Under the pieces are notes generated by a model that worked only from the letters and a program-made list of their open reading frames with translations, did no database searches and had not been told where the DNA came from. A stretch of DNA of 64,000 nt. It comes from a virus. The stretch lies in IMG/VR virus record IMGVR_UViG_3300029892_000002. The stretch is one strand, 5' to 3'. Of the stretch, positions 37,740-47,327 are shown piece after piece. A program made the translations under genes and the position numbers. The stretch's first letter is position 1, and each line of letters opens with the position of its first letter.

Positions 37740-38138
37740 ATGAAGCTGACTGATGAAGAAGTTCGCCTCATTGAGAAATCTAGGCGCACTCATGAACAAC
37801 TATTAGACCATCTTACCAAAGATGGTGTCCCTAGCGATATTGATACTCAGCATGTTCTAGTGAAGGCTTTAGGCTCATTAGACAAGAATGTGATGACTGT
37901 TGCTAGATTGCGTGTTGATGATGAAGCTAATCGTACAGCTGCAGATGTTAAGGACATGATCGCATCTATCATCCTTGAACATAAGGCCAAACGACATACA
38001 GCTATTTCACATACAACATCACCAGAGCTATCAGATAGTATAGTTAGAGAAAATCCTGTCGATGGTGAGCTCGAACAAGGTATTGTCAAAACCAACTATA
38101 ATACCTTTATGGACAGTATAGTTGGATCTCCAGCTTAA
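37740..38138 (+). CDS. Conserved hypothetical protein
   Basis: 132 aa, GAGGAGG RBS. Confidence 0.75.
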   Translation: MKLTDEEVRLIEKSRRTHEQLLDHLTKDGVPSDIDTQHVLVKALGSLDKNVMTVARLRVDDEANRTAADVKDMIASIILEHKAKRHTAISHTTSPELSDSIVRENPVDGELEQGIVKTNYNTFMDSIVGSPA

Positions 38139-38180
38139 GGAAGCAAAACTTGATACTCTCTCGGATATACCGAGAGAGTA

Positions 38181-38906
38181 TCAGGTCTTTACGCGCACAG
38201 GGATACTGAACATATGAGCTGGTAGAAATATAGCTCTTACAAACGGCTCAATTTGTTTAGCCAAAAACTCAAATGGAGGCATCTTAAACTGAGCATGGAT
38301 ACGTTTGTCATTGTCAGTTAGCTCCGGCTTCTTATAGATAGCTGGAGAAAACATCCCTATTTCAGGACATGCTTGTTTCTTGAATGAACCGTTGATAGTC
38401 TGTGCTTCTAACCATTGGTCGTAATCATACAATACCATCAATGAGACTTCCTGACGCAAATAACTGGGTGTTAATTGGTCGTAAGAAAGACTAACTATTT
38501 CAATATCAGCGTGATTCCTAGTAGCCTGAACCATCACATCTCTTATCAGAGATTGCTCATCCATAGTTAAGTCGTATGGATATATATTGACAATAACCTT
38601 AGGGATAAAGACATGTGGTGTGCTGATGTTGTTTCGAATGGTTTCCCTAACGAAATCATCAATCACCGGCATGATGTTGGTTCTGAGACTGTTCTTCAGA
38701 ACTACCTTATCCCTGTTGCGATATAGACTATGAAATTCATCATAATCTATTCCATGGAAATTGTCAAACTCTCTATCATGATAACCATTCTTGAGAACAT
38801 CTAGAACTTGCTCATCGCTATAATGAGTAACCAATGTTCCCATCCTGGTATCCATCAAGCAGTCCATCTCTATAAGTACAGCTGAGACTTGTACATTTTC
38901 AGACAT
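38181..38906 (-). CDS. Conserved phiKZ-like hypothetical protein
   Basis: 241 aa; EMDCLMDTRMG motif; immediately follows the RNAP beta C-part gene. Confidence 0.7.
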   Translation of the reverse strand: MSENVQVSAVLIEMDCLMDTRMGTLVTHYSDEQVLDVLKNGYHDREFDNFHGIDYDEFHSLYRNRDKVVLKNSLRTNIMPVIDDFVRETIRNNISTPHVFIPKVIVNIYPYDLTMDEQSLIRDVMVQATRNHADIEIVSLSYDQLTPSYLRQEVSLMVLYDYDQWLEAQTINGSFKKQACPEIGMFSPAIYKKPELTDNDKRIHAQFKMPPFEFLAKQIEPFVRAIFLPAHMFSIPVRVKT

Positions 38907-38907
38907 G

Positions 38908-39576
38908 TCAGAGAGTGCTCTTGAGATGAGATGCCGTCAGAAATATTTTTAATGTCTGAGTTGACTGAACACCTGTAGCATAGTTGCTCAGTGTTTTTAG
39001 ATTGGCGGCACCATATCTACCTACCATGGCGTTGAGGGCATTATAACCGCCCTTGTCACCACCGCGATATTTGATAAGCTCTACCAATGAACTATCCATG
39101 TTCATACCAGCTAGGACTTGTAACTCAGGGTATGATATCTTAGCTCCCTTAGATGGTCCGGTTGGTTGCCCTGATAATTGATCGATAACTCGGTTGTTCT
39201 CAGGTATGGAACGTTTCTTTTGAAGATGCTGAGACTGTCTACGAATAGGTAAATCAATGACCATATATTCGACAGGAGTCAAGTATGCTGGTTCATCATC
39301 CTTAGGACCAATCCAAAGCCTCTGAAAGAAATCATACCCAAGCTCTTTAGCTATCTTGATATTGTTCTCTATGGAAACTTTTACTCTACCAAGATTGGGC
39401 ACTGTTCCAACCAGGAAGCGCTTACCAGACTCTAAATCTAGCATGAAGTTATCAAACTCTACATCAGACATCCCAGCAAAGAGATCTTGATACTGCTTAA
39501 GATTATCTCCTCCTGGGAATATCTTGTCGATGTAGCTCAGAATAAAATCCTGAGCTTTCTTTCTATTAGGCGGCAT
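38908..39576 (-). CDS. Virion RNA polymerase beta subunit C-part (phiKZ gp149-like)
   Basis: LPIRRQSQHLQKK...DQLSGQPTGPSKG.KISYPELQVL..ELIKYRGGD, the equivalent of the beta C-terminus. Confidence 0.85.
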   Translation of the reverse strand: MPPNRKKAQDFILSYIDKIFPGGDNLKQYQDLFAGMSDVEFDNFMLDLESGKRFLVGTVPNLGRVKVSIENNIKIAKELGYDFFQRLWIGPKDDEPAYLTPVEYMVIDLPIRRQSQHLQKKRSIPENNRVIDQLSGQPTGPSKGAKISYPELQVLAGMNMDSSLVELIKYRGGDKGGYNALNAMVGRYGAANLKTLSNYATGVQSTQTLKIFLTASHLKSTL

Positions 39577-39931
39577 ATTGAATCGGCCTACTTACAGGTG
39601 TTTGGATCAAGTTATGTTCCTTAAGGAAAGGAAGAACATATGACTTGAAGTATGTCAGCCAATCGGAAATCTCACCATCAGGCAATAAACAATACCTGAC
39701 GCTAGATGAATCAACCATGGCTTTCATAAGTTGAAGATTGAGATAGAGGTTCAATAAATGTCTCTGAACCTCTGGTTTCTTATTACGAGCATCGATGATA
39801 TGTTGATCTTGGTCAAATGCATGATCTATGTTATTACCAAGACCATTACTGATAAGCTCAACACGAACAACACTCACTAAATCAACATCACCAGCGTCGG
39901 GTAGCTGATGGTAAATATTAATAGGATCCAC
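39566..39931 (-). CDS. Hypothetical protein
   Basis: 121 aa, GGAG RBS, overlaps the next gene start. Confidence 0.65.
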   Translation of the reverse strand: MDPINIYHQLPDAGDVDLVSVVRVELISNGLGNNIDHAFDQDQHIIDARNKKPEVQRHLLNLYLNLQLMKAMVDSSSVRYCLLPDGEISDWLTYFKSYVLPFLKEHNLIQTPVSRPIQYAA

Positions 39932-39943
39932 GTTAAATCTCTC

Positions 39944-41422
39944 CTAACCCACAACAGGGGCAATAATAGTTTTCTTATCCTCAGCAAGCCAATACGGATG
40001 ATATGTATCTTGAGCAGATAGTCTACCAGACCCAACTAATTTCTGTGCCCGCATGCGTAACAAATCCATAGTTGACAAAAATGGAATTGGTTGTGATTCA
40101 TTCTCAAGCATCCAATATCCACGTGTGTTCAACAATATGTTCCAATCATACCCCATATCTCTAAGATCTTCATAGAGTTGTTTAGGAGTACAGATCAGAT
40201 CAGGATCTATGTTACGATGCATGAGAGCTATCTGACATAATTCAGCAGTAATGTTAAGCGCCCGAGCCAATAAAGGCTCAGTGGCGATCTTCATGCGAAC
40301 ACTCGTACGAGTCAGATTAACTTCAGGCAGTAAATCCAGATGATAGTTTACGTTATTACCAGATAATCCAAACCTATCATTGGTCTTGATGAAATGGAAT
40401 TCAGACAGAGCCGGAAGGACTCCAGCTGATTGAGATACTAGGATTTCAAACGTCGTACCAGTAGCTCCAGACTTACTACGAAGCAACTTAACAGTGACGA
40501 TGTTGAGATCTGTATCATTGGGCTGTGGGTTACCTGGTTCTACTGGATACTCAGGACCTTTGGTATCTTTGTTCTGGAATGGCCTAGCATCATAAACTTG
40601 CCAAAGGTTACTCATGAAGAAAAAGAACTTATCAGTCACTCCCTTGATCTTGTCATTAGCCTTCATTGAGCTGAGCTTCTTAGGAGGCGGTACTGAATAA
40701 GGACCAGACTGGATGTTCATTGCTTGACCAAGGTGTGCTGTGAACAACATGTAGTTGTTACTGCGCCCACATAAAGTAGGGATCTCATTTAAGAAACGCA
40801 GTTTGGCTAAACCTTGACGCATATGGATGGTATTACCACCACTCTCACCAAGCTCATGTTCATCCTGGATCTTAGCGATTTCTTCCGTATCAAACTCAGT
40901 AAAAGAGTCAATCTGAGTGAATGACGGAATAACGACTTTATGACGTGTAACCTTATCCCTTGTCAAGAATGGTGTTTCACGCATAAGCTTAGGTGCCTCT
41001 TTATGCACGTCTTGCAAATACTTCCTATACTGCGCCCACCATTCATTACCATGAGAGACTGTCTTATCGGATACCAACCAATGTCCGTCATCCAGGATAT
41101 TGATGCCATTAAATGATCTGAACATCTGTGTAAATCCATACAAACGACCGCGATGGATGTTAACCTCAGTGTCGTATGTAGAGATATAAGTGGGTGTAGA
41201 GACATAGACTTTCTCGGCAGCCGAGAGAGTCATGTAGTGCATGAGAGTTGACTTGAAATTGTTACCAATACCAGTGATGGCTGTGAGCATACCCAAGCCA
41301 CCGTTGAGCAATGATTCACCATACTTACCACGATAGTAAGTGCCTGTTGGGATATCGAACAAACACCCGATATTGAGAAGAATTTTTAGATCGGGTGCTT
41401 CAGCAAAAGAAGGAGCCAGCAT
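39944..41422 (-). CDS. uvsX: RecA/UvsX-like recombinase
   Basis: Divergent Walker A GIGNNFKST, YDTE, IDSFTE, RSKSG.TG; phiKZ gp152-like. Confidence 0.8.
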   Translation of the reverse strand: MLAPSFAEAPDLKILLNIGCLFDIPTGTYYRGKYGESLLNGGLGMLTAITGIGNNFKSTLMHYMTLSAAEKVYVSTPTYISTYDTEVNIHRGRLYGFTQMFRSFNGINILDDGHWLVSDKTVSHGNEWWAQYRKYLQDVHKEAPKLMRETPFLTRDKVTRHKVVIPSFTQIDSFTEFDTEEIAKIQDEHELGESGGNTIHMRQGLAKLRFLNEIPTLCGRSNNYMLFTAHLGQAMNIQSGPYSVPPPKKLSSMKANDKIKGVTDKFFFFMSNLWQVYDARPFQNKDTKGPEYPVEPGNPQPNDTDLNIVTVKLLRSKSGATGTTFEILVSQSAGVLPALSEFHFIKTNDRFGLSGNNVNYHLDLLPEVNLTRTSVRMKIATEPLLARALNITAELCQIALMHRNIDPDLICTPKQLYEDLRDMGYDWNILLNTRGYWMLENESQPIPFLSTMDLLRMRAQKLVGSGRLSAQDTYHPYWLAEDKKTIIAPVVG

Positions 41423-41538
41423 ACATCACCTCTATATTGATATTTCACTTAGCCGGTTTAGCTACCAAACTATCGTAATAGTCTTGAAAATTAATTAGAT
41501 CCTTTGGTTGAGTACTTAATATCTCAAGGACAAATAAC

Positions 41539-42405
41539 ATGCACACTGCAATCTTTGATCGCTTCAATCATGGTCAAATCGAAATCAACACACCTGCTTC
41601 TCGTGCTCTGGAACACATAGCATTAGAAGCCAGTGTTATTAATAACCTTAAGGAATTGGTTCAAGGTTATCTTCCTTCGTTTACAGCTGATCTAGTTCAA
41701 ATGGTCAAGAATATTAGTGACCATGAACATACTGATTACCTGAAAGAATTTCTCAGTAAAGACGGTCGTGCTGTTTACAAGGCTAAACATCTTGATTACA
41801 TGACGTTTGGTCTGAACCTGACTAGTGTTCCAGAAGGCTTCGACGGCTTGTTAGTTCCATATGGCCAATCGCTTCTGAGTAATATGGAAATTGTGCTTAA
41901 TCGCATTGGTTCTCTGGTAGCTAGCATCAATACCTATATGTCTACCATCATTACCAATAAAGATCGTCAGTTGTCCATGAATGATCTGACCAAATATTAT
42001 CAATCAGTGGCTAAAGAACGTGAAACCATGATTGAGGATTTGGCTAGGTATTTCTCTAAAGAAAAGACCACGGTTTCTAAAGCTCAAATTAACCATGTTC
42101 TTCAACGCATGGGTGACATTGCAGATATCAAAGAACTGATGGTGGAACTTGACAAGAAGTTCAGGAAGTTCAACCTTGATGATCTTCAAAAACGCGTTCA
42201 AGAGACCATCGATCTGGCTGATCTTCTTAAGAAATCTATGGCTAGCAATGATATTCCTACAGTTGCTCCTGCTGTGGCTAAATCCATCTCTGGTGGACTG
42301 TATGAAACAGCTAGGTATATTGAGTTCGTTGTAGCGTTCTACTATGACGTGGTTGTTTATATGAAGTCGTGTAATGACCTATACGACCGCATACTCCAAG
42401 CTTAA
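41539..42405 (+). CDS. Putative virion (inner head) protein
   Basis: 288 aa, helical. IALEAS resembles the S/A-x-E sites cleaved by gp175-type proteases. Confidence 0.55.
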   Translation: MHTAIFDRFNHGQIEINTPASRALEHIALEASVINNLKELVQGYLPSFTADLVQMVKNISDHEHTDYLKEFLSKDGRAVYKAKHLDYMTFGLNLTSVPEGFDGLLVPYGQSLLSNMEIVLNRIGSLVASINTYMSTIITNKDRQLSMNDLTKYYQSVAKERETMIEDLARYFSKEKTTVSKAQINHVLQRMGDIADIKELMVELDKKFRKFNLDDLQKRVQETIDLADLLKKSMASNDIPTVAPAVAKSISGGLYETARYIEFVVAFYYDVVVYMKSCNDLYDRILQA

Positions 42406-42465
42406 AACGTAAAATGTTAATCACCCATCTAGCCCTTGAACAGGCTAGATGGGTGAAAATATCGA

Positions 42466-42924
42466 TCAATATGCAAAGCGATCGAATAGTACACGAAGAT
42501 CGTTTTCTAATGTCTTATCTGAACCATACACCATCCACGATGGGGCTCGCTTAATCAAGACCTTGAGGAATTGATCAAAGATAGATGGTTTCTTTTCACG
42601 GACGATATCTCTAGCATTGATACACTTGGTACCATCGTCAAGCTGGATCGGTTCTTCTAGGGTTTTCCATATGGCGTGCCTGATGACTATCGGAAGTTTG
42701 ATAGCATCATCGTCATTGGCAAGATGCAATACTTCATTGAGTTTGCGAATGGTCTCGTCTGTCGGAGTATCGATATCCGACACATAGGCAAACACACACG
42801 TCAAAAAGATCATGCGCTTGATCTTGACAGGAAGGAAGTTGTTAAGGAAGCGATACCATAATTTTCCATACCAAGATGTAGCTTCAGTATGGCCAATTAC
42901 TTGGCATCTTTCACAGCCATTCAT
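42466..42924 (-). CDS. Hypothetical protein
   Basis: 152-aa ORF downstream of RNase H. Confidence 0.65.
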   Translation of the reverse strand: MNGCERCQVIGHTEATSWYGKLWYRFLNNFLPVKIKRMIFLTCVFAYVSDIDTPTDETIRKLNEVLHLANDDDAIKLPIVIRHAIWKTLEEPIQLDDGTKCINARDIVREKKPSIFDQFLKVLIKRAPSWMVYGSDKTLENDLRVLFDRFAY

Positions 42925-42935
42925 CAGAAATACTC

Positions 42936-44414
42936 CTATGCTAAAGAAAGAACTCTATTGGAATAGTAGTTAGACCAAATACTCATAGCTCCTTCGACAG
43001 TGACGATACAAGCATATCGATAGAGTATTTTAGATTCAGCCCAAACTACCACCTTAACCTGAGGTTGGAGAGATTCCATTTGCTTCAGGTTATTTCTAAA
43101 AGGCAAATCACCTCCAAAGGTCAATAGTATCTCAATATTCTTCTCAATACCATTTAGTTTAATTGGAATCGTTAAGCTTGCGCTCTTAGTTCCAACGCCA
43201 TAAATGCTCTTGAGTGAATATGAAACACCATCTTTCTTACTGACTACGTCATATAGTTTATCAGTGATATCCACTATGCAATAGTCAGGACCAAGTAGGT
43301 TATCCGGAGTATTGACTCCTTCTACAAGATTCCTACTATAAGTAGTCAACATGCCGTCCAATAGACCGAGTACTTCCATACCTAAGAACGATAGTCCAGT
43401 CGGTATGAGTTCTGTCGTGATATTCCTACCGTCGATAAAGTCTATATCTGTTATACCAAACTTGTATTTATTACTAGATGGTATCAAGCTACCTTTACCG
43501 TATTTATAAATATACGGATATACTGACTTATCGAAGATCCTATCTAGTCTAGCTACGACAGTACATGCATGATCCTGGCTAGCCATTCTGTGATTGGCTT
43601 TTACATGTTCAACAACAGCATCTGGTCTATCTAGATAAATAACACCATAAGCAGCTTCGTTATGGCGTTTACCCAGTGACTCGACACCATCTCCTGGTTC
43701 GGCTAGATAATACTTACCACCATCTATAGCCATTTGGTTGGTAAAGAACATCCTTTTAAAACACATGAATGGGTGTTTATCAAACAGAGCTTTACCATAT
43801 CCATCTGCAGGTGATACCGTGAAGTCTTGGAATCTATCCTCTATTCTATCTTTGGTTTCATCTGTAGAATTAACTGCGATCTTAGCTAATTGATCAGCTA
43901 GCACATTACCGTAGTGCTGATGGCCTTTTACCCGCTCTACGTTTATTGGAACATTGATGGATTTATAATGATCGACTAGCTCGGATAACTCTGCCCATGT
44001 ATCAGCCAGATGGACCTTATTACCATCTCCATTTTTCCAGTCACGAGATTTCCATGTCTCAAGACTGTCATATATACCCTTGCGAACATATTCACTATCT
44101 GTATATATGGTTAATGAAGCTATATCATGACCTCTGAAGAATTTCAAAACACCAACCACAGCAGCCAACTCACCAGAGTTGTTGCTGCCATGGTTAGTTT
44201 CATAAACAGAAAAATCATAGAACTCAATAGGCCATACCAACTCAGCACCATCGGTCATTTCTGACTTAAGTAGATAGCCTTTATTGGTGATGAAGTAGTC
44301 ATCTAGCTTACGAGTTCTATTATTAGTAGGCTCGTACCTATACCCGTGTGCACCCCAGCCTGTTTTACCAGGATTAGGCTTAGAGGATCCGTCCGTATAG
44401 ATGATCGCATGCAT
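42936..44414 (-). CDS. rnhA: Ribonuclease HI with C-terminal extension
   Basis: IYTDGS..NPG..GWG, NNSGEL.A, IYTDSEYV, VKGH..GNVLADQLA. Confidence 0.9.
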   Translation of the reverse strand: MHAIIYTDGSSKPNPGKTGWGAHGYRYEPTNNRTRKLDDYFITNKGYLLKSEMTDGAELVWPIEFYDFSVYETNHGSNNSGELAAVVGVLKFFRGHDIASLTIYTDSEYVRKGIYDSLETWKSRDWKNGDGNKVHLADTWAELSELVDHYKSINVPINVERVKGHQHYGNVLADQLAKIAVNSTDETKDRIEDRFQDFTVSPADGYGKALFDKHPFMCFKRMFFTNQMAIDGGKYYLAEPGDGVESLGKRHNEAAYGVIYLDRPDAVVEHVKANHRMASQDHACTVVARLDRIFDKSVYPYIYKYGKGSLIPSSNKYKFGITDIDFIDGRNITTELIPTGLSFLGMEVLGLLDGMLTTYSRNLVEGVNTPDNLLGPDYCIVDITDKLYDVVSKKDGVSYSLKSIYGVGTKSASLTIPIKLNGIEKNIEILLTFGGDLPFRNNLKQMESLQPQVKVVVWAESKILYRYACIVTVEGAMSIWSNYYSNRVLSLA

Positions 44415-44421
44415 GCTAAAC

Positions 44422-44706
44422 TCACTTGTTAAATGTTGTTGTTGGCGGCTTCGGTGGTTTTACCTCAATTGATTTTGATCCGCAGTTATTATTTTTCTTT
44501 TGTAAATCTGCATAGTCCTGAGCCAAAGTCACCAATCTCGTTCCCATGAAGACAGATACTGTAAAAGTCAGTACCGTCACGATGAATGCGATCCATCTTT
44601 TTGGTTTGAAGTGCTCGCTAGTAAAGTCAGCTTCTTCTTTCCTATCGAAGAATAGTTCTCTTAGGAACTTAAAAAACCAGACTAAAATTTGAAACATATT
44701 TCCCAC
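44422..44706 (-). CDS. Small membrane protein
   Basis: 94 aa, AGGAG RBS, GTG start, one TM segment. Confidence 0.65.
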   Translation of the reverse strand: MGNMFQILVWFFKFLRELFFDRKEEADFTSEHFKPKRWIAFIVTVLTFTVSVFMGTRLVTLAQDYADLQKKNNNCGSKSIEVKPPKPPTTTFNK

Positions 44707-44821
44707 GGTTTTCTCCTTTTTAGTTAGCGGGATTCTCTCTATTTTGGTTAAATACTATATCAATGATCGATCCTATGGTTTGAGTATTCATCCTATTCAG
44801 CTGAGAGGCTAAGGAGTTGTT

Positions 44822-46096
44822 ATGCATATCAAGGGTTTCTTGAAAATTAATTCATTGCTTTCGAATAGCAATGGATCTGTCTCTCAGATCGGAGAGCTAT
44901 CACCCATCTCCTATACATTTGCACGAGAGAAAGGGTTCTATCAACCTTCTGATTCAACCGAGTATGATCTCATCACATTCCTGTCAACTTTTGACAATGG
45001 AACTCCGATGGTGCTCGGTCAGGCGTTGGTTGATGAAATTGTCGATGTTTGTGCATATCTTCGCACGTATATAAATTCAAGAGTTCCTCCGTATAGTAGT
45101 GATGATATACGGATGGCTATGTATGCACATTTCCCAGCAGAAATAGAAACATTTGAGATGGGGGAATTGAGTTCAGTACTCCCCCATTGGATTTCCTGGA
45201 AGAAACCAGGTAGTACTGGTAACACCATGATTTGGTTTCATGATGAAGCATTCAGGAATCAGTATGATGAATATGAAATTAAGGTAGTGTCTCCATTACC
45301 GTCTTTGGATGCGTTCTTCCAATCTACTAACGCCATCGCTACAGCCTTAGCAGAAGAAACCATGGATAAACTCATGGTTAGAATAGAATTAGCTAAAGAA
45401 GGTTATCCAGAGACTATGGTTAGGGTTTTTAGGTTTTCTTACATAGATCCTAATAATCCAGATCTTACCTTTGATGTAAATTGGCCAGTAATTATCTACG
45501 GTGGTGCTGGTGACCACATCGATGCTGTCAAAGACGCCATCATTGACTACATGGAAAATAACTCCAGTCATACCTTACAAGAATGGCAAGTTATATTTCC
45601 TGATATTTTCAAACGTACCGAATTCATTATCATTCCTCAATGGAATAACATAGCTATACCCAACATGCTTACTAATACAGGCATGTATAGTCAGCTGCTG
45701 AAGCCAAGTGAATTTATCAATTATGCGATTAGTAAGATAGCATTTTATCCTCAAGCATATGTTCAGTTAAACACCTATGGGCTTCCATCCATCTATAAGA
45801 GTCTCTTACTTGCTCTTACTAATGGACAGAATAACGTTGATGGACTTAAAGACTTTAGAGAAGTCTATCCTGACTACATTCCTGTTCCTAGTACATCTCT
45901 GGATTTTAACCGCATGAGTTTAAAAACTCAAGAGATGAGTAGATGGTTATATGACATGACTGTCTATGCTGAACAGATGAATAGATATAGTTTCCTACCA
46001 GCTGGCATGAAGAGGATCTGGCGTGGTGATAAATATTACCTTGCCAAACTTATTCATGACATCAATTTTGTCATGTTACCTAAGGCTGAGTCCTAA
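44822..46096 (+). CDS. Virion structural protein (phiKZ-like)
   Basis: 424 aa, AAGGAG RBS; GELSPISYTF, IWFHDEAFRNQYDEYEI..V.P, FPDIFKRTEF. Confidence 0.7.
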   Translation: MHIKGFLKINSLLSNSNGSVSQIGELSPISYTFAREKGFYQPSDSTEYDLITFLSTFDNGTPMVLGQALVDEIVDVCAYLRTYINSRVPPYSSDDIRMAMYAHFPAEIETFEMGELSSVLPHWISWKKPGSTGNTMIWFHDEAFRNQYDEYEIKVVSPLPSLDAFFQSTNAIATALAEETMDKLMVRIELAKEGYPETMVRVFRFSYIDPNNPDLTFDVNWPVIIYGGAGDHIDAVKDAIIDYMENNSSHTLQEWQVIFPDIFKRTEFIIIPQWNNIAIPNMLTNTGMYSQLLKPSEFINYAISKIAFYPQAYVQLNTYGLPSIYKSLLLALTNGQNNVDGLKDFREVYPDYIPVPSTSLDFNRMSLKTQEMSRWLYDMTVYAEQMNRYSFLPAGMKRIWRGDKYYLAKLIHDINFVMLPKAES

Positions 46097-47235
46097 TGCC
46101 TAATGTTATCCCGTCTATCGGAATGACGGGTGTATGGCCTCTTAAACCACCATTGGACGTATATCTAGCAGAAGAAGCTATTTATACTTGTAGAGCCATA
46201 CGCTCAATAAATGAATACATAGCACAGAACATAGATCCATTTGAAACCGTCTATAAGCCTCTTAGTCTAACGCAAGCTATCTATGACGTAGATTATGCTA
46301 ATAACGAATATATAGTTTCGTTACAGGCTATGGATGGTACTTGGGAATATATCCCAGTCAGTTATATCGAATCCTTTCCAAACACTTCTGGTGTTCTATA
46401 TGAGCGTAAGGGCGTTACGGTTGTCTTCCCAGCCTTACCTAGCGACAGTGATTATCAGACGTTCGTAGATCAAGTTAAAATACTTGCTACAGAAGTATTT
46501 GGTGTTGATATTGAGACCAATATAGTCCACATAGGTCATCAATACATAATGACTCCTGAAGAGGCTGAACTTGACTATAACATCAGACAGCAGTTCATGC
46601 AGTCGATGGTTAGTAGTCGAGTACAGATACAGGTATTAGAGACAGAAAACGCTGCTCTTAAGAGACTTATCAGCAATATCGTCGGTTGTGTTGAGAATAA
46701 ATGTCGTTCTGGTAATGGCATGTGCTTCCCAACATTCAATGAAGATACACCTGGTCATACTGGGTATATCGATGGTGCTGATGCTAAATGGTGTTATCCC
46801 ACCGATGTAATTATCTCTGATAACGCCTATGATCTTTATCTATACGGACAATGCTATCTACCATTTGGTAAGAGACCTAAGGAAACGTATAGATATGCTA
46901 GACGTAGTAAACCATTTACTCCTACTCCTACGGATATTGAACTTGGTAGACTACCAAGCTATCCTGATGAGACAAACCCGAGTGTAATCTTCCCTGTAAC
47001 TGCTGGTGATCTTCTTGTTGAGAAACCAAGCAACATGGAGATATTAGCCATAAACTGGGATGAGCATAGTTCTGGTCGTTATCTCAGACGTTCTCATTTT
47101 GTTAGTGGTAGTATCACTAACCCAGAGGTTAATACTGGAACTGTTGACACCATCGTTAAATTCACAGCATCGTATCAGAATAGAGCTACGACCGCTGGTG
47201 ATCTTAGCTTCAAGAACATCGAATCCCATTATTAA
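46096..47235 (+). CDS. Putative virion protein with C-terminal extension
   Basis: 379 aa; TAATG coupling to the upstream gene. Confidence 0.6.
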   Translation: MPNVIPSIGMTGVWPLKPPLDVYLAEEAIYTCRAIRSINEYIAQNIDPFETVYKPLSLTQAIYDVDYANNEYIVSLQAMDGTWEYIPVSYIESFPNTSGVLYERKGVTVVFPALPSDSDYQTFVDQVKILATEVFGVDIETNIVHIGHQYIMTPEEAELDYNIRQQFMQSMVSSRVQIQVLETENAALKRLISNIVGCVENKCRSGNGMCFPTFNEDTPGHTGYIDGADAKWCYPTDVIISDNAYDLYLYGQCYLPFGKRPKETYRYARRSKPFTPTPTDIELGRLPSYPDETNPSVIFPVTAGDLLVEKPSNMEILAINWDEHSSGRYLRRSHFVSGSITNPEVNTGTVDTIVKFTASYQNRATTAGDLSFKNIESHY

Positions 47236-47327
47236 ACATATCATACCACTCCCGATATCACAGGGAGTGGTATGATATTTTCAAGCATATTTACATCCAT
47301 TGACTGACAAGAATTAAGGATCGTATC

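Noticed and set aside
38908-39576. RNAP beta C-part encoded about 17 kb from the N-part as a novelty
   Set aside because: Split beta and beta' subunits are an established feature of phiKZ-like phages.
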